Positions 10,090-17,625 of a stretch of DNA of 31,681 bases are shown in pieces. Under the pieces are notes generated by a model. It did no database searches, was not told where the DNA came from, and worked only from the letters and a program-made list of their open reading frames with translations. This DNA comes from a virus (Duplodnaviria; Caudoviricetes), in IMG/VR virus record IMGVR_UViG_3300044512_002190, positions 1-31,681 of that record; one strand, written 5' to 3'. Both the position numbers and the translations under genes were made by a program. The first letter of the stretch is position 1. Every line of letters begins with the position of its first letter.

Positions 10090-10556
10090 GCCTTGGATCT
10101 CCATCATATGTTACTCTAACGCAATCAGGTCCATCCGTTGGATTGGTTTGGGGTGCAGTGACAGGTGCAACATTTTACCAGATTACTCGATATGAAGATC
10201 ATGCTACATTTACGGATCGCATCGAAATTGGTCGAAGCACTACCACATCATTTACAGATGTTACCGTTCCCGTTGTAGTATATGATTCAGGTCCACCTCC
10301 TACATACGTTGCAGCAGGTTGGAGATATACTGTAAGTGCAGGAGATTCAGGGGGCATTTATTCTGGCACGACTCGCAGAATTGAGATGATTGGTCCTTCA
10401 GTTTCTGACGTTCAAAGTTTCTCAATTACAAAACCTGTTTTGGCTGACGGAACAACATATTCATATGATCAGATTTCATATGGATCAACAGATTCAAATT
10501 CACAACTGGTCAGAGACTCTGTTTGGATCGCTTACTTAAGGACAATACAGACATGA
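10086..10556 (+). CDS. Fibronectin type III-like virion protein
   Basis: VGLVWGAVTGATFYQITR...TTTSFTD...WRYTVSA is an FN3 pattern; ATGA overlap with the previous gene. Confidence 0.65.
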   Translation: MSLGSPSYVTLTQSGPSVGLVWGAVTGATFYQITRYEDHATFTDRIEIGRSTTTSFTDVTVPVVVYDSGPPPTYVAAGWRYTVSAGDSGGIYSGTTRRIEMIGPSVSDVQSFSITKPVLADGTTYSYDQISYGSTDSNSQLVRDSVWIAYLRTIQT

Positions 10557-10837
10557 TTCGCAGAACTAAGGTGCTGACATTTGGGTCTGCTGAGAAAAAA
10601 ATGCCAAGTGTTCAAACCATGGCAAAAAATGTGATTAAGGATGGAAGTTCGATTTTGAAAAGCGGATTTAAATTAGTTGATTCACAAACTTTTGAACAGC
10701 GAATTAAAACTTGCACGGATTGCGAGCATGTCAGGGTCAGGGGGGAGGAAATACGTTGCAGCATTTGCGGTTGCTACATGAGACGCAAGGCAAGATTTGA
10801 AGTTGCAAAATGTCCTCGGCAATTATGGGGTAATTAA
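10553..10837 (+). CDS. Cys-rich metal-binding protein (DUF6171-like)
   Basis: ATGA-coupled start at 10553; RIKTCTDCEH...RCSICGCYM..KA.FEVAKCP..LW. Confidence 0.65.
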   Translation: MIRRTKVLTFGSAEKKMPSVQTMAKNVIKDGSSILKSGFKLVDSQTFEQRIKTCTDCEHVRVRGEEIRCSICGCYMRRKARFEVAKCPRQLWGN

Positions 10838-11895
10838 AGCAAACTGTTTCTTTTCATTGCTCTCAAAATCTTCTTTGCAGAAGACTCCCAAGTCATATGC
10901 TTGACCGATTCATAAGCAGTCTTGCCGATCCTTCTGCATTGGTTTCTGTTTTTAAAAGCCCATCGCATTGCTTCAATTGCATCACTTCGATCAGGCATTG
11001 CCCAATGACCTAAACCTTGATATTGACCAGAGGCTTGAGTCAGTCTGTAACCGATTGGAATATGATTACCAAATTTTAAATAATCATTGCGTGCAGAATA
11101 ATTAGTGCAGATGACCGCATTGCCTGTCGCCATAGCATTGTGCGTCCACATGCCCCACCCTTCAGAAGTGCTTCCATCGACGTAGCAATGCAAGGATCTT
11201 AACCAGTCACGGCAAGCAGTTTCAGAAATGTCTTTTTCAATTACTTCTATCCTGTCATCACTGGCAGTAAGATCATTTTCACCCCATGCGTTAATTTTAA
11301 TTTTTAACCGCACATCTTTGTTTTTTGGGAATGCGGATTGAAACCAGTCAATGATTCGCTCGATTCCTTTTCTCGCTCGACCATGCCCAACGTGACCAGC
11401 AGCGCCAAATACAAACGGACCTGATGATTTTGCTTGGTGGAAAGTAAAAACATTTTGGTCATATCCCGCTAACGTATGAGCGATAGGAATTGAAAGTTGA
11501 TCTTCAAAGTGTGCTTTGTTGTAGGTGGATGGAGTCAGGCACAAATCAAAAGAATTGATTCTTTGAATCCATTCAGGTCGAAGCTTTGAACTTTCAAACA
11601 TAGTGAAGATTGCATTCTTTTGACCGATTGGAGGACGCATCATTGAGAAGGTTGGCTGAATCGAAAGGGATGAAATGATTGTGGGATTGCCTTTAATGAT
11701 CTGCTTACCGTAACCAAGCTCGTCAAGGTAACCATGATAGTGCAAGGGGGAGTAAATCTTGATTCGGATCATCTTGTTCAAAACCTTTGTAAAGTTTCGG
11801 GATGTATCCCCATACCCGTTGCACTGGTTGAAATCTGAGTCGATCACAAACTCATTCACCAACCCTTTTGATTTATCTTTAAACATTCCCCTCAC
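10834..11895 (-). CDS. Glycosyltransferase, GT-B/GT4-like
   Basis: FTMFESS, LTPSTYN, RKGIERII, SEGWGM..NAMATGNAVICTNYS motifs. It is the only convincing minus-strand gene; start uncertain (11895 GTG or 11886 ATG). Confidence 0.85.
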   Translation of the reverse strand: MRGMFKDKSKGLVNEFVIDSDFNQCNGYGDTSRNFTKVLNKMIRIKIYSPLHYHGYLDELGYGKQIIKGNPTIISSLSIQPTFSMMRPPIGQKNAIFTMFESSKLRPEWIQRINSFDLCLTPSTYNKAHFEDQLSIPIAHTLAGYDQNVFTFHQAKSSGPFVFGAAGHVGHGRARKGIERIIDWFQSAFPKNKDVRLKIKINAWGENDLTASDDRIEVIEKDISETACRDWLRSLHCYVDGSTSEGWGMWTHNAMATGNAVICTNYSARNDYLKFGNHIPIGYRLTQASGQYQGLGHWAMPDRSDAIEAMRWAFKNRNQCRRIGKTAYESVKHMTWESSAKKILRAMKRNSLL

Positions 11896-11933
11896 CCAAG
11901 CAGGTTAACATGGCAGTCAATCACACGTTTAAA

Positions 11934-11990
11934 GGTATTTAAAAAAAGATTAAAAAAAGTGTTTACAAACAGGAGTAAGTAATTTAAATT
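11934..11990 (+). promoter_or_regulatory. Early sigma70-type promoter P1 with AT-rich UP-like element
   Basis: TTTACA (11962-11967)-N17-TAAATT (11985-11990), preceded by GGTATTTAAAAAAAGATTAAAAA. Confidence 0.75.
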
Positions 11991-12043
11991 GATTTCAAGT
12001 AAGAGGGAAACAAAAACAAAAACAAAAAACAGAAAGAAAAAAT

Positions 12044-12325
12044 ATGATGTTATCCGAATGCAGAAGAGAAAAAGATTTCGAGGATGCTAAGGCATATGGG
12101 AAAGGCAAAAAAGAGATGGCGTACAAAAAGGCTTGCAAAAAGTATCTCAGGGAAAACCCCGAGGTTGGAACAATAATTCGCAATGGAAAAGAACTTTTTT
12201 ACATCAATCTTAATTCCACCAAAATTAAAGACTGGGTGCTTGGTTTTGGCGGTGGAAGTGTAATTGATGCCGCCAAGTCCATCGCGATGTTCTCACCAGA
12301 AAGCGTTATTGAAATAGAATCATAA
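12044..12325 (+). CDS. Hypothetical early protein
   Basis: 93-aa ORF, first gene after P1, with an A-rich leader. Confidence 0.65.
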   Translation: MMLSECRREKDFEDAKAYGKGKKEMAYKKACKKYLRENPEVGTIIRNGKELFYINLNSTKIKDWVLGFGGGSVIDAAKSIAMFSPESVIEIES

Positions 12326-12326
12326 A

Positions 12327-12359
12327 CCAATCGGGGCTTCGGCCCCCACTTAAAACAAA
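12327..12359 (+). repeat. Intergenic repeat copy 1 with GGGGC-TTCG-GCCCC hairpin
   Basis: CCAATCGGGGCTTCGGCCCCCACTTAAAACAAA; near-identical copy at 13779-13813. Confidence 0.9.
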
Positions 12360-12380
12360 AAAAACAGAAAAATAAACACT

Positions 12381-13349
12381 ATGCATAAAATAGAAAACAC
12401 AGACAAACAACAGGGAAGTGCCATGGCATGGCACGGACTCACCGAAGTCAAAGAGAACTTGGGATTTGATGATAACTTCCTGAGAGAATGGGAAATCACA
12501 GAGCGTCCATTGTATGACGAGAGCAGCAATCCAGTCGGGTATTCAATATTGGGTTGCACTGATGATTCACAAATTAGGATCGGCAAGCCCTACAATCCTG
12601 AAACTTATAAGCCAATCACCAATGAACAATTTCTTGATCTAGTTTATGACTGCATCTCAGGGACGGATCACCAGATCGAATCCATCGGATCAGTCAGAGG
12701 CAGAGGCAGAGTGTTCTGCTCAATAAAGCTCAATGGGCTTGATGACTACAATGCAGGTGGCAGAGAGTTTAAACCGTATCTGAACTTCGGGAATGGTCAT
12801 GACAAATCAAGTGTTCTTTGGGTGAATACATCGAACGTATGCACGGTGTGTGACAATACCTTTCGGTTCAATCTTCAGGAAAAATCAAAGGAAAGTTACA
12901 AGCTGAGACATACTAAAAATGCGATACACAAATTTCCTGAAATCGCAAGACTGATTGATCAAGCGATCGGAGTTCAGGCCGAATTCCAAATTGCTTTTAA
13001 CAAGTTAGCCATGATCGATGTGAAACCTGAAACTGCAAAGAAATGGATCACAGGATTTGAAGCTGAAACAGTCACAGAAATTTCAAGCCAAAAGAAAAAT
13101 CGAATTGATCGCATTGATGATCTTTTTGTAAATGGCAAAGGAAATAACGGAATGGATCGGTCTGACCTACTCAGTGCAGTGACGGATTATTACACTCACG
13201 AATTTGTCAAAGGCAGAGGGATTGGCAATCGTATCTATCAGAGTGAAATGGGAAGGGGAGCAGATCGAAAGTCAGATGCATTAACTAACTTGCTGGATCA
13301 AGGCAAATTTGAAGAGACAGTTGCATTTGGAAACATGGTGATGAACTAA
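12381..13349 (+). CDS. DUF932/DUF945 phage/plasmid-like protein
   Basis: AWHGL, YKPITNEQF, IESIGSVRGRGRVF, NGHD.S, VCTVCDNT, RHT and AVTDYYTH motifs. Confidence 0.85.
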   Translation: MHKIENTDKQQGSAMAWHGLTEVKENLGFDDNFLREWEITERPLYDESSNPVGYSILGCTDDSQIRIGKPYNPETYKPITNEQFLDLVYDCISGTDHQIESIGSVRGRGRVFCSIKLNGLDDYNAGGREFKPYLNFGNGHDKSSVLWVNTSNVCTVCDNTFRFNLQEKSKESYKLRHTKNAIHKFPEIARLIDQAIGVQAEFQIAFNKLAMIDVKPETAKKWITGFEAETVTEISSQKKNRIDRIDDLFVNGKGNNGMDRSDLLSAVTDYYTHEFVKGRGIGNRIYQSEMGRGADRKSDALTNLLDQGKFEETVAFGNMVMN

Positions 13350-13408
13350 GCCGAAACGGGGGAAACCCCGTCTGCTGGAAACGACCACCCAGCACTGATG
13401 AGGCAGGT
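13350..13408 (+). ncRNA. Hammerhead ribozyme, type II
   Basis: GCC-GAAA-CGGGG(GAAA)CCCCG-UC^-UGCUGG(AAACGACCAC)CCAGCA-CUGAUGA-GGC. All core nucleotides and three stems are present; predicted cleavage is after GUC at 13372. Confidence 0.93.
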
Positions 13409-13420
13409 AAGTTAAAAGAG

Positions 13421-13476
13421 GGTATTTAAAAAAAGATTAAAAAGGGTATTGACTTAGATCATGCTTGTGTTAAATT
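13421..13476 (+). promoter_or_regulatory. Early sigma70-type promoter P2 with the same UP-like element
   Basis: TTGACT (13449-13454)-N16-TAAATT (13471-13476) with TGn extension; 23-nt upstream block identical to P1. Confidence 0.75.
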
Positions 13477-13524
13477 GTTATCAGGTAAGAGGGAAACAGA
13501 AACAAATAAACAAAACAGAAAATT

Positions 13525-13776
13525 ATGAATAGAATAGAAATTAAAAAAATCATTAAGGAAAACGTAACTCTGCAAATCGCGTCCGATTGGTATCACGAAG
13601 CAGAAAAGTTGATGCACTTTGATTATGGATTCAATGGTGATTTCCTCGATTCTATATCTTGCACAGATGAGGCTGAGAGATTCGACTACGCTTTGGATTT
13701 ATTTGAAAACCAGTGTGAAAAACTTTTGACTGGAAGAAATCCGCTTCCAGCAAAAATCACACTTTTTAATGCCTAA
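13525..13776 (+). CDS. Hypothetical early protein
   Basis: 83-aa acidic ORF, first gene after P2. Confidence 0.7.
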   Translation: MNRIEIKKIIKENVTLQIASDWYHEAEKLMHFDYGFNGDFLDSISCTDEAERFDYALDLFENQCEKLLTGRNPLPAKITLFNA

Positions 13777-13778
13777 CC

Positions 13779-13813
13779 CCAATCGGGGGCTTCGGCCCCC
13801 ACTTTAAAACAAA
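13779..13813 (+). repeat. Intergenic repeat copy 2 with GGGGGC-TTCG-GCCCCC hairpin
   Basis: CCAATCGGGGGCTTCGGCCCCCACTTTAAAACAAA. Confidence 0.9.
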
Positions 13814-13831
13814 TAACAGAAAGAAAACAAA

Positions 13832-14098
13832 ATGAATTACTACGCAAAAGAATGGCACATGGGATTTTCCTTCACCGAGAAGAGAATTAACTACGGTGAT
13901 TACACTAAAACAATGTTACGCCCAATCGTAAAACTTCACAGATTTGGCACACGTAAAGAACGGGGTGACTTTGTAGCAGAGTATCAGCCAAGTGATTATA
14001 GCCCTTCAGCATATGTTGAAGCAGTCAAAGCATCTGATTCTGAAGTTCGACGAGAGCTTGAATCTGATTGCCCTTACTTCACAAACGAAAACGAATAA
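13832..14098 (+). CDS. Hypothetical early protein
   Basis: 88-aa ORF after the hairpin repeat, with an A-rich leader. Confidence 0.7.
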   Translation: MNYYAKEWHMGFSFTEKRINYGDYTKTMLRPIVKLHRFGTRKERGDFVAEYQPSDYSPSAYVEAVKASDSEVRRELESDCPYFTNENE

Positions 14099-14105
14099 AC
14101 AGATT

Positions 14106-14276
14106 ATGAATGGTGAACTTACAGTAACAGAGAGGGTTATGATTCAGCAGTTCCTTCAGGATTACAGCGTGAAGCTAGAACAGGACAAAGAAATAATATT
14201 AGGAGAGAAATGGCAAAAGTATTGTGCAAACAGAATTGAACAAGTTGAAAAATTAATAACGAAATTGGAACTATGA
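14106..14276 (+). CDS. Hypothetical small protein
   Basis: ATG at 14106 gives 56 aa (MNGELTVTER...); ATGA overlap with the next gene. Confidence 0.6.
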   Translation: MNGELTVTERVMIQQFLQDYSVKLEQDKEIILGEKWQKYCANRIEQVEKLITKLEL

Positions 14277-14686
14277 CAAAATATTTAATATTGATTCTTT
14301 CAATGACTCAGCTTGAAGCAGGGGTGGTCGCTTTGACCATCCTTGCGGAAGCAAGGGGTGAAGGTAAAGATGGGATGGCAGCAGTCGCTTGTGTCATTAA
14401 TCAAAGGGCAATCAATAGGGGATTAACACCTGAACAAGTTTGCCTGCAGCGCAAACAATTTTCATGCTGGAACGGCAAGTCAAAATCTGATCTTAAATCA
14501 CTCTACAAATCACCCATGGCAAAATGGGCTTTGTATCTGGAAGAAAACATCCAGAACATGAACAGGGAAAAAGTGGGATATGCGGACCACTATTATTCAA
14601 CAATAATCAGTCCACCGTATTGGGCAAAAAACAGAAAACCAGTTGCACATATCGGGCAGCACAAATTCTACAAACTACGAAAATGA
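14273..14686 (+). CDS. SleB/Hydrolase_2 cell wall hydrolase (candidate endolysin)
   Basis: LTILAEARGE..GMAAVACVI.QR, QFSCWN, ADHYY, PYWA and IGQHKFY motifs. Confidence 0.9.
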   Translation: MTKYLILILSMTQLEAGVVALTILAEARGEGKDGMAAVACVINQRAINRGLTPEQVCLQRKQFSCWNGKSKSDLKSLYKSPMAKWALYLEENIQNMNREKVGYADHYYSTIISPPYWAKNRKPVAHIGQHKFYKLRK

Positions 14687-14844
14687 AAAGAGAAAATATA
14701 ATGATTAAAGTCGAAGCCTTAGACAAGGCACGTTGGAAAAAAGCAGCAGCCAAACATGGTCAAACCCTTTCGGGAGCGATCAGAGAAGCAATGCAGGATT
14801 ATGAACTGGCTGGTCCAAGACCAAAGAAAACGATATTGAAATAA
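14683..14844 (+). CDS. Ribbon-helix-helix (CopG/Arc-like) DNA-binding protein
   Basis: ATGA-coupled 53 aa: IMIKV...KARWKKAAAKHGQTLSGAIREAM. Confidence 0.7.
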   Translation: MKRENIMIKVEALDKARWKKAAAKHGQTLSGAIREAMQDYELAGPRPKKTILK

Positions 14845-14871
14845 GTATTGAACAAGATCGATTAGTGTGAT

Positions 14872-14903
14872 AAAAAAAACGGTGGCCCAATTAAGGACCA
14901 CCG
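14872..14903 (-). terminator. Minus-strand intrinsic terminator
   Basis: Minus strand reads CGGTGGTCC-TTAATT-GGGCCACCG-TTTTTTTT. Confidence 0.75.
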
Positions 14904-14924
14904 AAAACAGATAACAAATAACCT

Positions 14925-15794
14925 ATGAATAAACAAAATAGCAACGAATTGCTAAACATGAACGTATCAAATTCCGCAACGGGGTCAACCCCTAATGCGA
15001 TGATAAGCACTGAGCAGTCACGAAAAGCAGCAGAGGTTCAAGCAGCCATGGCAGTAGCCAAGAGGTTTCCAAGGGACCAGAACATTGCATTCAGGAATAT
15101 CATGGAATCCTGTAAGCGCAAAACGCTGGCTGAAAAAGCTACGTATGCATATCCAAGAGGTGGGGGAATGGTGATTGGCCCAAGCATACGTCTTGCAGAG
15201 GTTCTAGCTCAGAATTGGGGAAACATGGATTTTGGATTGCTTGAGCTTGATCGATCAGGAGGTGAATCCTCAGTCATGGCGTATTGCTGGGATATGGAGA
15301 CAAACGTCAAAAGGACAACGGTGTTTCAGGTCAGGCATATACGGGATACCAAGCAAGGCCCAAAAAAACTTACTGACGAGCGTGACATTTATGAGCTTGT
15401 GGCAAACATGGGAGCGCGAAGAATGCGAGCTTGTATCTTAAATGTGATCCCTGCTGATATAGTTGAGGAAGCTTTGAGGCAATGCACTTTGACATTGAGT
15501 AAGGGACTTGAGCCAATCGCAGATCGTTGTCGTAAGATGGTCAACGCATTTACAAGCATTAGTGTATCGGTTGAAATGCTTGAAGAGTATCTGGGATACA
15601 AATTGGATGCTATCGATGAAGATGGTCTGAATCAGCTTCGATCTATTTTCACTTCGATCAAGGATGGAGAAAGCAACCGTGAAAATTATTTCACGATCCG
15701 ATCCCTTCCTGAAAAAAAGCGTGAAGAAGATGATGACAATGTTGTCTTCGAAGATAGCAAAACAAAAACAAAAAACAGAAAGACAAAAGCATGA
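14925..15794 (+). CDS. Putative ssDNA-annealing/recombination protein
   Basis: AEVQAAMAVAKRFPRD, YAYPRGG, GPSIRLAEVLAQNWGN, YCWDMETN and GARRMRACIL motifs of a common phage family; next to an exonuclease. Function is inferred. Confidence 0.55.
   Translation: MNKQNSNELLNMNVSNSATGSTPNAMISTEQSRKAAEVQAAMAVAKRFPRDQNIAFRNIMESCKRKTLAEKATYAYPRGGGMVIGPSIRLAEVLAQNWGNMDFGLLELDRSGGESSVMAYCWDMETNVKRTTVFQVRHIRDTKQGPKKLTDERDIYELVANMGARRMRACILNVIPADIVEEALRQCTLTLSKGLEPIADRCRKMVNAFTSISVSVEMLEEYLGYKLDAIDEDGLNQLRSIFTSIKDGESNRENYFTIRSLPEKKREEDDDNVVFEDSKTKTKNRKTKA
14961..14988 (-). promoter_or_regulatory. Antisense promoter A1
   Basis: Minus strand TTGACC-N16-TACGTT with TGn extension, pointing at the terminator at 14872-14903. 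Confidence 0.55.
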
Positions 15795-16441
15795 ATTACA
15801 ACGTATTTGATATTGAAACAGGTCCACTTCCAATTGAGCATCTGGAAGACATGATGCCTAAATTTTCAGCCCCATCAAACTGGAAGGATGAAGCAAAGAT
15901 CGAGGCAAAGATCCAAGAGCAGCAAACAAAGTGGTTTGAAAAAGCAGCACTCGATGCCAGAACAGGACAGGTTCTTGCAATAGGAATCAAAAATGAAGAC
16001 GGGTTGACGGTCATTCAGGATCAGCACAATCTTTCAGAAAAAGAATTGCTTCAATGGTTCTGGGATCAATCAACCAATGATCACACACGCAAATGGGTTG
16101 GTTTTAACTCACACGGTTTTGATCTTCCATTCTTATTTCGAAGGTCACTTGTTCATGGTGTAACCATTGGAACTCCAATGCGGGAAAATCGTTATTGGCC
16201 TAATAAGTACACTGATCTCATGGAAGTCTGGTGCTGTGGAAACAGGGAGCAAAGAATCAGTCTTGATAAGCTTTGCACCATGCTTGGTATCGGTGGCAAA
16301 TCAGGATCAGGAGCGCATTTTGCCACTTTGTTTATTAGTAACCCCAAAGCAGCAATTGATTATCTCAAACACGATCTTGATCTTACAGATGCGGTCTTGC
16401 AAAAAATGTTACCATGGATCTCAGGGGGTCACGATGAATGA
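15791..16441 (+). CDS. DEDD 3'-5' exonuclease (PolB exonuclease-related)
   Basis: ExoI VFDIET, ExoII VGFNSHGFDLPFL, ExoIII YLKHD. Confidence 0.85.
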   Translation: MNYNVFDIETGPLPIEHLEDMMPKFSAPSNWKDEAKIEAKIQEQQTKWFEKAALDARTGQVLAIGIKNEDGLTVIQDQHNLSEKELLQWFWDQSTNDHTRKWVGFNSHGFDLPFLFRRSLVHGVTIGTPMRENRYWPNKYTDLMEVWCCGNREQRISLDKLCTMLGIGGKSGSGAHFATLFISNPKAAIDYLKHDLDLTDAVLQKMLPWISGGHDE

Positions 16442-16709
16442 TATTTGTCAGGCTAAACATGGAGGCAATCAGCAATCAATCGAAGCATATGAAACAGCAC
16501 TTCCAAGAATGGCAGAAACACGAAGACAAGTTCTTGTTGCAGTCAGGCAAGCGATGGATGCAGGGATCACTGCCAAAGAATACGCTGAGAGAAGCGGACG
16601 GCAGCTCAATACAGTTTCGGGCAGATTCTCAGAACTATCACGTGAAGGTTGGATTGAGAGAACCAACCGAACCAGAAACAAATCAGCAGTATGGAGGGCA
16701 ACCCAATGA
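16434..16709 (+). CDS. Winged-helix DNA-binding protein
   Basis: ATG at 16434, 91 aa: GITAKEYAERSGRQLNTVSGRFSELSREGWI...AVW. Confidence 0.75.
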   Translation: MNDICQAKHGGNQQSIEAYETALPRMAETRRQVLVAVRQAMDAGITAKEYAERSGRQLNTVSGRFSELSREGWIERTNRTRNKSAVWRATQ

Positions 16710-16981
16710 AATTATTTTTAATTGATTGGGGGAAAGAATGCAGTGGCGCACGTTATGCCATTATCTCAGCTCGTAACAAACGAGATTTGTGGTTTCACGT
16801 TGATGAAGTTGGTGATGTATGTGATGTGCTTGCAAAAGAAATAAATAACGACAAAGACAGTCCTGACAGTTTTTATATTGAGCTTCCTACAATGCAAGAA
16901 AGTGGCAAGATAGAAGGTGGCTATTGTCAATCACTGAACATTTTAAAAGATCGTTGGCAAAAGGTTGCCGTAAATCTTTAA
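16706..16981 (+). CDS. Hypothetical protein
   Basis: ATGA-coupled 91 aa (MKLFLIDWGK...). Confidence 0.6.
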   Translation: MKLFLIDWGKECSGARYAIISARNKRDLWFHVDEVGDVCDVLAKEINNDKDSPDSFYIELPTMQESGKIEGGYCQSLNILKDRWQKVAVNL

Positions 16982-16992
16982 AGAAAAAGAAA

Positions 16993-17154
16993 ATGAAAAA
17001 TAAGGAAAATGCATATGTTGTCATCGGTAATCTTCACGTATCAATTGATGATGTTGAAGTTCTGAACATCAGTGAAGGTTTATTTGGTGAGGATGTAGTG
17101 ACCTTTATTTATGACGGTCAGAAACGTGAATCAAGCATTTACAAACGACCATGA
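16993..17154 (+). CDS. Hypothetical small protein
   Basis: 53 aa (MKNKENAY...); ATGA overlap with the next gene. Confidence 0.6.
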   Translation: MKNKENAYVVIGNLHVSIDDVEVLNISEGLFGEDVVTFIYDGQKRESSIYKRP

Positions 17155-17450
17155 GACGAGCAGCCAGAGTGGACGCTAACCACAAGCAAATCGTGCAGGG
17201 GTTGCGTTCCTCTGGTTGCACCGTTCAAGACCTTTCAGCGGTCGGCAAAGGTTGTCCTGATATTCTGGTTGGTCGAAATGGAATTAATATGCTGATCGAA
17301 ATTAAAACCGAAAAAGGGAAATTAACAAAGAGGCAGATTCAATGGCATCAAGAGTGGAGAGGCAATGCTATTATCGCAACGACAACCCAAGAAGCAATTG
17401 AAGCAATTAATGAACTTTTAAAAACAAAAGAAATGCCCCCGATGCAATAG
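17151..17450 (+). CDS. VRR-NUC-like PD-(D/E)xK nuclease/resolvase
   Basis: MRRAARVDAN...GKGCPDILVG...LIEIK...LTKRQIQW. Confidence 0.85.
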   Translation: MRRAARVDANHKQIVQGLRSSGCTVQDLSAVGKGCPDILVGRNGINMLIEIKTEKGKLTKRQIQWHQEWRGNAIIATTTQEAIEAINELLKTKEMPPMQ

Positions 17451-17465
17451 CAAACATCAGGGGCA
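17420..17465 (-). terminator. Minus-strand intrinsic terminator
   Basis: Minus strand TGCCCCTGATG-loop-CATCGGGGGCA-TTTCTTTTGTTTT. Confidence 0.65.
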
Positions 17466-17511
17466 AGGTGACTTTGATTGTAGCAACTAACCTATGGGGG
17501 TCAGAGTCTTC

Positions 17512-17539
17512 ACGGTAGCATTTGACTAACTCAGGTCAA
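17512..17539 (-). promoter_or_regulatory. Antisense promoter A2
   Basis: Minus strand TTGACC-N16-TACCGT with TGn extension; same layout as A1. Confidence 0.55.
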
Positions 17540-17625
17540 GGGAACTTTTATACCCAAAATTAAAATTCCATGGTAAATGGATTAAATGATTTACTAATGT
17601 AAACTTAACAGTAAAATGATAAACT

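Noticed and set aside
12333-12346. UUCG hairpins as intrinsic terminators
   Set aside because: There is no downstream U-tract on the plus strand and only a weak one on the minus strand.
16167-16725. Long versions of ORFs 16167-16709 and 16438-16725
   Set aside because: The first overlaps the exonuclease until ATG 16434, where the wHTH begins. The second is an alternative frame without recognisable motifs.
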